Source of the DNA: Octopus bimaculoides
Lineage: Eukaryota
Reading direction: 5' to 3'
Assembly (NCBI RefSeq): GCF_001194135.2
Contig: NC_068992.1
Span: 56,051,591 to 56,111,767 of the forward strand
DNA: 60,177 nucleotides
Part shown: piece after piece, positions 12,780 to 25,000 of the stretch
How the letters are laid out: each line of letters begins with the position of its first letter
Position numbering within the stretch: position 1 is the stretch's first letter
Notes under the pieces: model-generated
Database searches by the model: none
Told to the model about the DNA's origin: nothing
The model's input: the letters and a program-made list of their open reading frames with translations, nothing else
Position numbers and translations under genes: made by a program

Positions 12780-13260
12780 CCATTTTGGACCCCCACAGCC
12801 ATTCGATGCTTAAAAGTTTTATAGAATCTTCTTTCAGAAGGGTCTATTATAGTTGTGTGAGAGCTGCAATGCTGTATGGGAGTGAGACATAGTATCTGAG
12901 GGAGAGAGAAATAGCAAATTTGGAAAGGACTGAGAGAGCAATGGTGAGAGAAATATGTGGGGGTGAAGCTGTTTGATAAGAGGGGGACTGAGGATGTGAT
13001 GGGAATGCTGGGGTTGGAGGAAACGGTGGAATGGTTGGCAAGGGCGAATGGAGTGAGGTGATATGGGCATGCGGTGAGGAGAGATGAAGAGCATGTTCTG
13101 AGGAGGGTGATTGCATCTGTGGTAAATGGAGCGTGAAAGCAAGGTAGAACGAGGAAAAGGTGGAAGGGGACAGGTGGAGGAGGAGGGTTGATTTGGAAAA
13201 GGAGGACACCCAAAACCGGGCGAGATGGTGTGAAAGTGGTTGCTATGGCATCGAGAGGTA
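12780..13260 (+). mobile_element. RTE-clade LINE 3' fragment
   Basis: VYYSCVRAAMLYGSET*..LERTERAMVREICGV..R*YGHAVRRD..RKRW, the typical RTE ORF2 C-terminus. Confidence 0.8.
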
Positions 13261-13523
13261 GGCCCCGAAACGGGGTGCATTCTCTCCTGATGACCCCATA
13301 CACTTGCTGGCTTCCGGTATGCAAAGCTCTCGACTGGAAGCACCTGCGTGTACAAGTTGTTTGCAAAACATCAATATGGCCATTGTTAGGAAAAACTTTA
13401 TTAGAATTAAAAAATATTTTATCCTGCATTTCATAAATGGATTTAATGAAGCTATTTTGTTTTGTATGAAGCTGTCATGTTTTGATTTTCATTACTAATC
13501 TATTTACAACTGTTCACTAACAG

Positions 13524-13669
13524 CAATGGTTTAACATATATGCTCCTAGCCGTATTCAAACTGATGTTTCCCGTGGAAGAACTTATGAACATGATTTGAA
13601 GGATTCTCTCTCGGTAACACCAAACCAATTGGACGTCTCCAAAGTTTTCAAAGGAAAGAATGAAAAAAA
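13524..13669 (+). CDS. TPGS2: TPGS2 coding exon 7
   Basis: aacag|QWFNIYAPSRIQ...NQLDVSKVFKGKNEK+AA|gtaagt, 146 nt; cf. human QWFSMYKP..NKLDPSKVFKSKNK. Confidence 0.93.
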
Positions 13670-14164
13670 GTAAGTCTTTTAATTAAAAACTTATCTAAGA
13701 AAAAGAAAAAAAACGTCTAAGCATGGCTATGTGGTTAAAAAGTTTGCTTCCCAACCACATGGTTCCAGGTTCAGTCCCACTGCATGGCACCTTGGGCAAG
13801 TGTCTTCTACTATAGCCCTGGGCCAACCAATACCTTGTGAGTGAATTTGGTAGATAGAAACTGTGTAGAAGCTCATCATATATGTGTGTTTGTGTTTGCT
13901 CCCTCTCCACTGCTTGACATCAGTGTTGGTTTGTTTATCTCCCCCATAACTTAGTGGTTCAGCAAAAGATAAAACAAGCACCTAATTTAAAAAAGTAAGT
14001 ACTGGGACTCATTTTTGCCAGCTGAGTGGGCTGGAGCAACGTGAATTGAAGCAATTCACGTTTTGCTCAAGAACACATGTTGCCCAAGTTCAGTAATCGA
14101 AACTACAATCTTGCGATCATGAGTCCAACACCCTAACCACTAAGCCAAGTGCCTCCCCCACTTC

Positions 14165-14700
14165 GGTAAATGGCGCTAGGCTGAAACCTTTCAACGTGGT
14201 GTTGGACTTTGGCAGGGGTGCATGTTATCACCTCTGTTTGACATAACGCTTATGAACTGGATTGACATGTGCAGCTGTTTTGGAAGTAGTATTGCAATCA
14301 GTGGGTATAAGATTATTGGTTGGTATTTGTAGATGACATTTTGCTCCTTGTCTCCTCACTAGGTGACCTTCAGCAGACATTGAACGGGTCTACTATCGAG
14401 TGTTGCAAGACAGGGATGAGAATTAGCGTTGTGAAGGCTGAGACATCAATCCTCTCAAGAAAGTCTTCCCAGTGTGCTCTGTACCACAGGGCCTGCTGTG
14501 GAGGGTTTTGCTGGAGTTTGGGATTAATAGGCAACTTCTGCTTGCTGTGAAATCCCGTAAGAATGTCCAGATGTTTGGGTAAATGGTGCCAAGTTGAAAC
14601 CTTTCAGCATGGTGTTGCATGTTGGCAGGGGTGCATGTTGTCACCTCTCCTTTTAATTTTTTTTGTGAACTGGATTGACATGTGGATGTTAGTGGAACAT
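14165..14700 (+). mobile_element. RTE-type RT fragments, rearranged or duplicated
   Basis: QGCMLSPL motif occurs twice (~14215, ~14625); FVDDILLL..DLQQTL..GMRISVVKAE between them. Confidence 0.75.
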
Positions 14701-15544
14701 CACTGAGACACATGGGGAATTTTAAATATGTCCAGTGTTGTATTTACAGGAGGGAGAAAACACAAACTTTAAAGCATTTAATGCCAAATAAATCAGCATT
14801 GAATCAATGACACCAAAACAGTTGTTCCAAGACATCTCATGCTCTCCCAGCTTGTGTCTAGTTATCTTTACCCCATCCAGGGTTTTATTAACACTTACTG
14901 ACCACCATCAGGTGTTCAGCTTATTATTGTTCTTTATTGAGGATATTTGTCCTTATTCATCGCTGCTTGATGTTATGTACCTCAGTGAATTCAATTCAGT
15001 CAAATCTTCTTGCTTGTTAAACTCACCCTACACATCGACACTGATGTTTTGCATAGACTAACTAAAATATTTTTATTCACAACCTGTCTGCACCAGTTTA
15101 ATATCAAATATCATCACCTACCCATGTCACTGACCACTAAATGTTCTCTGACCGATTTCTCACTGCCAAACCTAGCCTTCACTGCATCTGTTGGCCATCA
15201 GATCAGCTGATCACTTCCCTTCAGAGATGGTGGTAGGAAATTGAAATAAAATGTGTTAGGTTGACTCATTTGAAGTGAAAACTGCAATCCACCAAACACT
15301 GCATACAAAACTGTGCTAATTATAACAAGTTCTTTAATTAGCACAAAGTTGGACAGACTAATAGTAAATTAATTTAACTAAAGCACTCGTCTGCTACTTA
15401 TCCTAATGGTCACAGAAAGGCAGTGAGCTGGCAGAATTATTTGCACACTGGACAAATTTAGACTGGTTTCATTAAACAACTGTAACTTTTTTATTTATCA
15501 ACATATTAATATGATTTCTGGAATGCAATTGAAGAAAAGGTTAT

Positions 15545-16044
15545 TAATCAATTCTATTGCGAAACTTTTGACTCAAAGTGACTGTAATTACAGATAAATA
15601 CACATAAACCACAAGCTGTTTTTTCCTCGGTTTGTTTACTTTCTGTGTAACAGTTTGTTTCCATAGTAATTGCTTCAAACAAACTTACAAGCTTACATTT
15701 GTTTGATTTCTCCATATCTTTCATTGAAAAGCCCTCAAATTCAGAATCACTGCTTGATAGCTTGAAACAGTTTTCCATTTTAAAAGTTTTAAAAAAAATC
15801 GCCAAAGCAAAAATGTGGAAAAAAAATCTCCCAAAATTTGCAGAACTCAGATATCATGTCGATCACTGTCGGAAACTGTAACTCGACTATTTACAAAGTG
15901 AAATCACATGTCTTCACGAATGTACTAATGAGATTTGTGCTGAAATTCACATTTAAATATGAATGGGTTTGTTTGGCCAGGCCGGTCATCTGAGCCAAAA
16001 ACTTTTTCAGCCGGCTGTGGCCAGGTTGGTAATGAAAGGGTTAA
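15545..16044 (-). mobile_element. piggyBac-like DNA element end
   Basis: TTAA|CCCTTT terminus at 16044-16035 on the minus strand; short SDSEFEGF-containing ORF; the other end was not found. Confidence 0.45.
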
Positions 16045-16729
16045 GAGCACACTGCACCACCTCATCTGGAAATTGAACCCTTGACCTTACAATTTTGAGG
16101 CCAGTACCTACACTATCAAGCCACATGCCTTCAAAGTAATATGTCTATATACTGTAAAGTATTAAAAAGCAAAAATAACTGGTGGGGGACTATTCACGGG
16201 GTACCTACTGCATGAAGTGGACACTGACAGATTCTATGTAGGGTACCAGGAATCTAATTAATTAAAAAAAAAAATTAGTATTAATGACAATTCTTTTCAA
16301 GAAATGTAGGGGAAACAACCCTTCAAAATATAACACAGGTAAAGGAATGACTAATTGTGGACAAAAAATGTAGAGGAGACAACCCTTGAATTTCAATTAA
16401 TTGAAAATATAAATGAAGAATGACAAATTGCTCAAGTGCCATGCAGTAGGATTGAACCGAAAACCATGTGATCAGGAAGCAAACTTATCAACCACACAGC
16501 TATGCTTGCATCCAATGCTGACAATCTACTTAGTAGAATCATATTTTCTTTTCGTATACAAAATATCCATCAATATTTAAGATTATGTTAATATCTGGCA
16601 ACCATTGTTTGTGTCTTTCTGTTTCCTATTAGAAACTTGTGCTTGTGTTAAGCCATTACAAAATATGCTGTTATTGAAATAAAGGTATGTAAATAAATGA
16701 TTAAAAATTTAACAAACATTTCTTTACAG

Positions 16730-16789
16730 AAAACCGCCTGCAGCTCAACAAATCAATCAAATGTTAAAAAAGAGGCCAGTTCAGAACAG
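16730..16789 (+). CDS. TPGS2: TPGS2 coding exon 8 (60 nt, symmetric phase 2/2)
   Basis: ctttacag|(K)KPPAAQQINQMLKKRPVQN+AG|gtattc; KKRPVQ resembles human KKKGPVQ; inclusion gives 300 aa. Confidence 0.75.
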
Positions 16790-17495
16790 GTATTCTTTGT
16801 TACCTTTTGCTTTGTTCCACTGAGAGAGAGAGTGTGTGCATGTATAGGTAGATTTAAAGCTGCAGCTTTGACTAAAACTTTGACCGAGCTGTGCTATTGG
16901 ACCCCTAGATCAGGAGAAATTCAGCAGTACCAGTGCCAAGCAGTGATTAGGCATAAGCAAATTTGTGACATATTTTAACTTCCAAAGGCAAATTCACTGC
17001 TGTTACTGTGGAGGAAAAAAAAATTCTATCTTATGGTAAAAGGTGTAAAAATACCATATCTACCAAGTATTGCCCTTTATTGGATTCAGACACAGTGTTT
17101 CTAGTTCATTAGCCATTATCAATGAGAAATAACAAAGAGAGGTAATTCTGGATAGACTTAAAGCTGTGGCTTTAAAAATACAGTCAACAACATTGACTGT
17201 TTCCCCATTGGTTGGGAGAAATTCAACAGTATCAGCACCAAGTAGTGTTTAGGCATAAGTGAACTTTAGGCTAGTTAAAATATGTAACATATTTTAACTT
17301 CTAAAGGCAGATTCACTACAGTTACCATGGAGAAAAAAATCCATGCCAGCATGGAAAGATGTTAAACGACGAGGATAAAGTGAATAAGTATGTGTGGATA
17401 TACTTCGATAGAGTAATCTAAATGCTAAAGAGTTAAAATGAAGTTTACTTAAACTTCAGTTTTATATTTCTTTTCTTTTTTTTATCCCCCCACAG

Positions 17496-17565
17496 ACAAA
17501 CTGGCTTGGTCAACCCAAGACTTGTTCCTATAAATCAAAATAATACTTTAAAAGGAAACAAATAA
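17496..17565 (+). CDS. TPGS2: TPGS2 terminal coding exon
   Basis: Long pyrimidine tract + cacag|(R)QTGLVNPRLVPINQNNTLKGNK*; TAA at 17563-17565; AATAAA motifs at ~17561, 17876, 17958 and 18010. Weak protein-level support. Confidence 0.7.
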
Positions 17566-18384
17566 ATGAATAATCTTCAAAAATTATTTGAAACCTGGTT
17601 TTCGTGCTGGCATGAGCTGCTCATTGTCATGGTTGGAGTTGATTCCTGTTTGAAGTTAGGAATTCCATGATGGGTTGGTGGATCAGATCTCAAATATTTC
17701 CAGTTTTTATTTCTATCAAATCACAACTAGTTGAGCGGATGGAGGGACATGTAATTGGTGCTACATCAGACGAGAGATTTAACACTGAAATAGAGACAGG
17801 AGCAACACACCATTGTCTGGTTGCTTCTGGGAAGAATACAATGTTTAAAAAAAGAAAAAAAAAACAGAAGTCAATAAATAAATTGAAACAATGATTTTAT
17901 TTTCCTGGAGACTTTATCTTTTTTTTTTTCTCTTTACACATTTGGGAAAAGAATATAAATAAAATTCAAACAATTTGATACAAATTATATTTAAGCCAAC
18001 ATTGAATATAAATAAAATTTATAAAATGCAAAAGCTGTCAACTAATTTACTTAGTTTTACATTCTGTTGATATATTGCAACAAAGATTTATTAAAAATTA
18101 GAGTAACCACATTTATTAAATAAAATGCAAAAGTTTTAATTTTTACCTTTTACTCTTAAGCAATGAACTGCAAAAGTTTAAATAGTATTTAAGCATACAC
18201 TGACAATTTATGCTCCATTTGCTGCCGACATCTGATAAGTAGAAGACTGGGCAAGCTATGTCAAAATTGTCAGTTTTATGAATGATGTTTGACAAATGCA
18301 ACAATAATGGACTTCAATCATGGTAAAATGGTTTCCATCTTATTCTAGATAAGAACTCCTTTATTTTATTGATTACCTTATTTT

Positions 18385-19230
18385 AATGTGTATCGTGAGA
18401 AAGCCCTAAGCAAGATCACGACAATTGCAGGGCTACAACGGAAGGAAAGGAATTACAACAACCTGAGGTCCGCAAACAATCTGGCTTTGTTTGCGGACAC
18501 AGAAGAGAAGCTTCAGGAATCGATTAATATCGTGACTGAGGAGAGTGGAAAGCTTGGATTGATGATTGACTGCCAGAAAACCCTCCCAATGGTCTGTGCC
18601 AGGAAAGCACCGGTACCCACATACTGCTTGACGGTGAATGGAACTGGGATAGAGCAGGAGGACAGTTTCATATATCTGGGAAGTTAGATAACATCAGATG
18701 GAAGGTCAGATATGGACATCAAGGGCAGAGTTGGATTAGCAAAGAAGACTTTTATGGATATGAGGAGCATTTTTTGTGCAAAGAGAAATGGACTGGAAGT
18801 CAAGAAAAGACTATTGAAGTGCTACATCTGGTCGGTGCTAATGTATGGATGTGAGTCTTGGACAATAAGCAAAGTCATGGAGAAGAGACTCAAAGCTGCA
18901 GAAATGTGGTTTTACAGAAAAATGCTTAGAATCTGGTGGGTGCAGAGGGTGACGAATGTGGAAGTGTTGAAGAGGATGAAAGTGAAGAGACAGTCGATGG
19001 ATACTAGCAGAGAGAGAGACAGTGGAGATTTGTTGGTCATTTTCTCAGAGAAGATGATGGAATGGAGCGTTACATGGTGGAGGCTGAGCTGGTGGGAGGG
19101 AGAGCGAGAGGAAGGCAGAGAATGAAGACATTCAACTGGATGAAGAAGAGATTGAACGTGCAGAGCGAGAAAGAAATAACTGGAGGAGGAACAAGTCATG
19201 ATTTGTCAAAGGCATGAATATACCATGACA
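18385..19230 (+). mobile_element. RTE/RTE-X LINE 3' fragment
   Basis: NLRSANNLALFAD..FIYLGS..ITSDGRS..KRLLKCYIWSVLMYGCESW..AAEMWFYRKMLRI..TNVEVL; ends in a short AG tail. Confidence 0.9.
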
Positions 19231-19244
19231 CAAGAGAGAGATTT

Positions 19245-21010
19245 TAACGTGTATAAGGGACCCTTTTTTGTCAAAAATTAGGTTAAAAAAATATGGGAGC
19301 TTCTTATACACGACATGATAGTATTATAGATATGAATAAATTACTTAAATCCTCGAACCTCAAATATCCATGACTTACAACATCACAAGCTTCAGGCCAA
19401 CACCCGACGGGTTGCGATGTCCTATTGGGTGAGTCACTATCCATTTGTCAAGCAATGGCATGCACATAAAGCAGCCATCATGAATGATAACTGTCTGCCA
19501 AACAGTACTTACTCATGCTCATCGAGACTGCTAAACAAATATTTTTATATTAACACAAAACTACATTGTATTTAAAATTGTGAGCGAACATGCAAGTGAA
19601 AACATTAACACTTTTTAAAAAACCCAGGCTGCATATAGAGGTCATACAACCTATCAGAGACAGCAAGCATGCTCAATAGCCATATATGGCAATGCAGCTC
19701 ACACTGAAACAGGCATGAATGTAGCATGACCAAATATGGAAATTCGATTGAGACACAATCTTAACTATTGTCAACTGTTACTTAAATTGATTGTGCATTA
19801 CTCTTTGTAGGTTTTTGTTTTCTATTAGAGCAAAAATGTCCAAGAATAAAAAGTGCATAACATATTCAGCAAATTTCAAATTGAAAATGATACAGTTTGC
19901 AGAAGGGAATGGAAATAAAGCTGAAGCAAGACAGTTTGGGCCTCCTCCTACAGCTGCCATGACTGGACTGTGGAGAAAGCACAAAGATGAACTTGTACAG
20001 ATGCCAAGGATGAAGAGAGCAGCACAAGGCAAAAAGGCAAGGTGGCAAAATCTGGAGGAAAAACTCAAACACTGGGTCGAAAGCCAAAGGCAAACTGGTG
20101 CATTTGTTTTGACAAAGATCCTCATCGGTCAAAGAAGAAGAATTGCTCAGGAGATAAAAAAGAGCAAAGAGGAAAGACAAGAGACAGACGAAACAACTGT
20201 TTCTGAAGACCTGCCTATCTGCTGCTTCTGTATTATGAAGAGGAATGGTTTGAGTCTAAGGACTAGAACCAAGCTTGCTCAGAAGATGCCTGATGCTTAT
20301 GAAGAAAAGATTAAGTTTCATTCTTATATCATTAATTTATCCAAGAATACCAACTTTGAACTTTGCCACACAGCAAATATGGACGAAGTTCCACTTAACT
20401 TTGATGCTCCTTCCAACAAAACGGTGAATCAAAAAGGGACCAAAACACTAGCCATCGAGACAAGAGGGCATAAGAAGACTCGTTGCACAACTGTGCTGAT
20501 GGTACCCAGTTGCCACTCATGCTCATTTTCAAAAGGAAGACACTTCCAAAGGAGAAGCTACCAGAAGGAGCTCTTGTGCATGTTCATGCAAAGGACCGGA
20601 TGTATCAAGATGGTATGAAGCTTTGGAGTAAGAGACCTGGGAACCTTTTTAAGAAGCCATCTATGCCAGTGTTAGATCAGTTTAGGGCACATAAAACTGA
20701 TGGAACAAAAAAGTTGGCAGAAAGGTCAGAAACCCAATTGGCAGTTATTACTGGTGGCCTGACAAGACAAATTCAACCTCTGGACATCGGTATCAACAAA
20801 CCATTCAAGTAACTAATGAGAACTGAATGGAGCAAGTAGATGCAAGGAAGTGACTGCAACCGAACACCAACAGGAAAAGTCAGGAAGCCAACAATCAGTG
20901 AAGTTTGCGGCTCGGTGAAGAATCTGTGGATAATTTGCAAAGGTTTTCTTTGATAAGTAGAACTTGCATAAATGATATCTTCTCTTTAATACTCGAACAT
21001 TTGACAAATT
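19245..21010 (+). mobile_element. pogo-family (POGK/Passer-like) DNA transposon, near-complete but decayed transposase
   Basis: YSANFKLKMIQFAE (BrkDBD-like), LEEKLKHWV (CENP-B HTH), NMDEVPLNFD, VLDQFRAHK, IQPLDIGINKPFK (DDE_1); subterminal GTGTATAAG..CTTATACAC; frameshift ~20495, stops. Confidence 0.9.
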
Positions 21011-21559
21011 TGGAAGATAAATTGAATTATCATATCCACTAACATAACACTGAAAAATATACTGGATTCAAAATCCATTCATAAAAATTTCATACGACGC
21101 TAGTTTAACATTAACCAACTAGCAGCTATATCCATCGATGGTGGATTGAAGATTGAATATAAGAAATCAGAGAAGAATACCAGTCAATATCCAAAAAAGC
21201 TTTAGCTATTTTACAGTAATTTTCAACATTACCTTTGCAAATTAGGATTTTCCACTCTCACCGAAATCAAGTGCAAAAATAGAACAAATCTTCAGTTTAT
21301 TGACAAGGAAGACAGAGAGTTTCCTTATCATACATACGTCCCAACATTGAAGAAATTGCCAAGACACACCAAGCTCATACTTCTCATCAGTACAAAATAG
21401 ATAATGAATGAAGGTATATTACCCTTTTTTCAGTTATTTCTATATTTCTTTACATTTTGCAGTATATGTCTTAGCATTCTGTGTGTAGTGTGCCCATAAT
21501 TTTTTGAAAGGCTTCAAGTGAGCCACGACTTCTAAAAGTTTGAGAACCACTACTGTAGC

Positions 21560-22040
21560 CCTTTTAATATTGCTGGGTGACGATGTCAACAACCAGAACA
21601 TTGATGGCGATACTCCTTCACATCAAACTGAGTGGAAGGACTCCAAATAAGTAATAGAAGCCTTATTAAATACACCATGGAAACAATATGCTACAGGTTT
21701 GGCACTAGTCAATATACCAACACCACACATAATTTAAGAGCTGAAGCAGCGACCCTCTGCTTCTTAAAAAAACTCACTCCATATCCAACACAGATCCTCA
21801 AAGTACTTTATTTCAGAAAAACTAAAACTATTTCTTGAGAAACAAAATGTAAGAATGAAGTTGCAAATACTACTCAGCTATCCAAAACTATCTCTGAAGA
21901 ATTGGCAGCAATCACTGAGTAGTATGTAAATATCTTGGTTGTTGATTTGGTTCATAATTTCATCTTGCTCATAATTTCCATTATTGTTGATCATGTCTGA
22001 CCTCTTGACCAGTTGCTAATTTTGGATATGATACTCCTAT
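21560..22040 (+). pseudogene. Ankyrin-repeat gene fragment, copy 1
   Basis: LILLGDDVNNQNIDGDTPSHQTEWKDSK*VIEALLNTP resembles an ANK repeat (MIB-like DGDTPLH type); stops and frameshifts. Confidence 0.6.
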
Positions 22041-22289
22041 AATGGAGATTTAAAGAATTTTACCAAAGGGATACTGTCATTTAGGGAGCAGAACTCAAGT
22101 CTCCAAAAACATTAGGTTGCTTGGAGAAGAAGAGGACCTTTCAAAGTAATGGATTTCACAAAGATACCAGGCTTTGCAAAAGTCCTGTTACACAAGCTTT
22201 TGCTCTCTCAAGAGTTTAAAATAAAAAAAAAAAAAAATCAAGATCTCAACTCTCCTGTGCTTGGGCCACAACAAGTCCGTCACCTACTC

Positions 22290-22830
22290 AATGACTTGAA
22301 GTGTCATGGCAACCTCATGGTCAATCTAGTCATCAACAATCAGAATGATCACATGATCAGCTTCAACCAGGACGTCTATACATGTCCACAACCAAGCACC
22401 CAGCCTCCCTGATGATGCTTCGCATTGCGACTTCGAATAGCAAGAAGATGCTGCTGGTGTGGTTCGCGACTGGTTACAGGCACACCGCAGCTGACTACAA
22501 GGACATCTTGGCTATGAAAGTCCAGCTCTAGGTGAGAAAAATAATGAAGATAGACTACATCATTCAGCAGGTTCTGCAAGAGTAGCTGGGGTCAAACATG
22601 AACTTCTTGTCAAAGGATTTTGGCCACTACAGTCGTCTGACCCTGACCCACCCGACTACAGTGTATGGGCACATATCGAGGGCAAGGCCTGCAAAGCTCG
22701 CTACAGCAATGTCAACAAGCTGAAGTCTTCCATCAACCATGTATGGACCCATATGAAGAAGGACTTTGTCCAGAATATGTGTACAACCTTCAGGCCTCGC
22801 CTGCACCGAGGGCAGCAACATCAATTGATA
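22290..22830 (+). mobile_element. maT/Tc1-mariner transposase C-terminal fragment
   Basis: WPLQSSDPDPPDYSVWAHIEGKAC..NVNKLKSSINHVW..CTTFRPRL. Confidence 0.8.
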
Positions 22831-23049
22831 TTAATATTTAAACACATATTTACATGTTTAGAACAATAAAAATGTGTCTCACTGCATCAAAACTATCCTT
22901 GTCCTTTGTTGAGAGCGTTGTAATGAGTGTAAACAGTGCTTTTCTAAAGCCTTGTACATACATTCAGTTTCATATGTTTAATTCATATGTATTGGATATG
23001 AGTGCATATTCAGTGTAATCCTTATGCCAATGTCTGTCATGTTTACATT

Positions 23050-23553
23050 ACTTTCACCCATCAACTTGATGCTGTGGCCCTCATCAGCGCAAGAATAGCC
23101 AATATGAACAGTCAGAATGCAGGCGACACTCCTTCACATCAAGATTTGTTGAAGGTCTTCAAAGAAGTAACATAAACCGTCTGAAATACACCCTGGAAAG
23201 AGCATTTTACAGGGTTGGCACTAGTCAATGGACTAATATCACACATAATTAAAGAACTGAAGTAGTGACCTTCTGTTTCACATAACAACCACTTTATATC
23301 CAACACAGATCCTCAAAGCACTTTATTTCTGAAAAACTAAAACTAGTGCTTGAGAAACAAAATGTAAGAGTGAAGTTGTAAATACTACTCAGCAATCGAA
23401 AACCATCTCAGAAGAATTGGCAGAAATCACCGAGTAATATATAGTGTCTTGGTTGTTGATTTGATTCGTAATTTCATTTTGCACATGATTTCCATTATTG
23501 TTGACCATGTCTGACCTCTTGACCAGCTGCTGATATGAAACTCCTATAATGTA
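23050..23553 (+). pseudogene. Ankyrin-repeat gene fragment, copy 2
   Basis: Colinear paralogue of 21560-22040 (NMNSQNAGDTPSHQ..); ends at CTCCTATAAT where the gag sequence begins. Confidence 0.6.
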
Positions 23554-23555
23554 AT

Positions 23556-24470
23556 GGCCTGGATGCGAAAGATCAGGCTTGTGGCGAAACTGCAAGGGNN
23601 NNNNNNNNAAGGAAGCGCCCTGACCCTGTATTTAGAGATGGACGAGAAAGAGAGGTTAAGTGCGGAGAAGATCGAGCAGAGATTGAGAGGCGTATACGGA
23701 GAGCGAATATGCTGCCTTTGTTAAACTGGGAACTGTTAGATGGGTGGAGGGGAACAGGTGGATGAATACACGGCGGAAGTGCATAGGCTGGGCGCGCTGG
23801 CTGGGTTTACGGGAGAAGGCCTGGNNNNNNNNNNAGTATGCGGCGGAAGTGCGTAGACTGGCCACGCTGGCTGGGTTTATGGGAGAAGGCCTGGACAGAG
23901 CGGCGCGGCTGGCGTTTGTGAGTGGGTTCCCTGACGACATAGGGATTCGATTGCAGCAGTTGCCTGGCGGGAGAAAGATGGCGCTCAGCAAGCTTGTAGC
24001 ACAAGCTCGCGTGTTGATGCAGCACGTCAGAGGGAAGACGATAGCGATGGCGACGACAGAGGANNNNNNNNNNTCGATTGCAGCAGTTGCCTGGCGGGAG
24101 AAAGATGGCGCTCAGCAAGCTTGTAGCACAAGCTCGCGTGTTGATGCAGCACGTCAGAGGGAAGACGATAGCGATGGCGACGACAGAGGACGGTCGGAGA
24201 AAGGCGTGAGGAAGCCTACCGAGCAACGACAGCGGCCGTTTTCGGGCCAGTGTTTCAAATATCAGGGGTCACACATGGCGAGGGAATGCGCCGAATCGGG
24301 GCCCGTCTGCTATCGCCAGTGATTGCGACCAGGGAAACGACTGTGGGGATGTTGCTGCCTCTCAAACTTTCCCCGCGACTGAGTAGAGGCGCTTGTGGAG
24401 ACGCTGCCCGTAGTCGAGGTCGAGGCCTGGGAATTCTTGCCATTGCTTGGTGGGGCTATTTTTGAATGCC
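23556..24470 (+). mobile_element. Ty3/gypsy-like gag fragment with CCHC knuckle
   Basis: WMRKIRLVAKLQG..ALTLYLEM..EVRRLATLAG..LAFVSGFPD..CFKYQGSHMAREC; GC/CpG-rich; three 10-N gaps; no LTR seen. Confidence 0.8.
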
Positions 24471-24719
24471 TGTGAGATCACATTCCTCATAGTAGGATGA
24501 GGAAGAGAGGTTTGGGATTGGTAATTGGTGTATTTACTGCAACCATTTACTCGACATCACACTTAACAGGATGTATACTTGGAGGGATCCGCCTAGTAAA
24601 CATGCAAAAATAAGTGATTATTTCAAACGAGTACCATCAAACATGTATCCTTAACATTATACTGAAATAGGATTCAACAAATCGTTTTCTGTAAAACCTG
24701 AACTGTGTTCCTCCTCTGT

Positions 24720-25000
24720 GGCCTTTTATTAGCAGAGCTTATCTATTACTGACCCAACCATTGTCTGTCTGTCCAACTTTTTCTACAAATGGCTTCTCTC
24801 AAACTGCTGGTCCAAATGGGCCCAGATTTTTATGATAGTACCTAGATTGGTCCTCTATCAAGTTTGTTTAACTGGTGTTGATTCAGCAATTGTTTACCAT
24901 ACTTTGAACAAATTATTTAATCTTCAACACTATTGGACCAAATGTCACAAAAATTTACTGGGATGTTCCTTGGGTGGTCCCCTATAAAGTTAATTCATAT
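24720..25000 (+). mobile_element. Mollusc Helentron-type repeat fragment (tentative)
   Basis: TTTTATTAGC start, GTCTGTCTGTCC microsatellite and repeated CTGGTCCAAAT/TGGACCAAAT units. Confidence 0.4.

Noticed and set aside
12773-13429. 218-aa and 173-aa minus-strand ORFs as a nested antisense gene
   Set aside because: They are the antisense of a purine-rich RTE LINE fragment; no splice signals or protein resemblance.
13668-13675. Stop codon overlapping the TPGS2 exon 7 donor (AAG TAA GT) as a special dual-use site
   Set aside because: Any phase-2 GTAAG donor produces an immediate TAA, so it is not informative. Downstream exons extend similarity to the human tail.
16790-16799. gtattcttt donor as a U12-type intron
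   Set aside because: It mismatches GTATCCTT at +5, there is no TCCTTAAC branch site, and the 3' end has a long U2-type pyrimidine tract.
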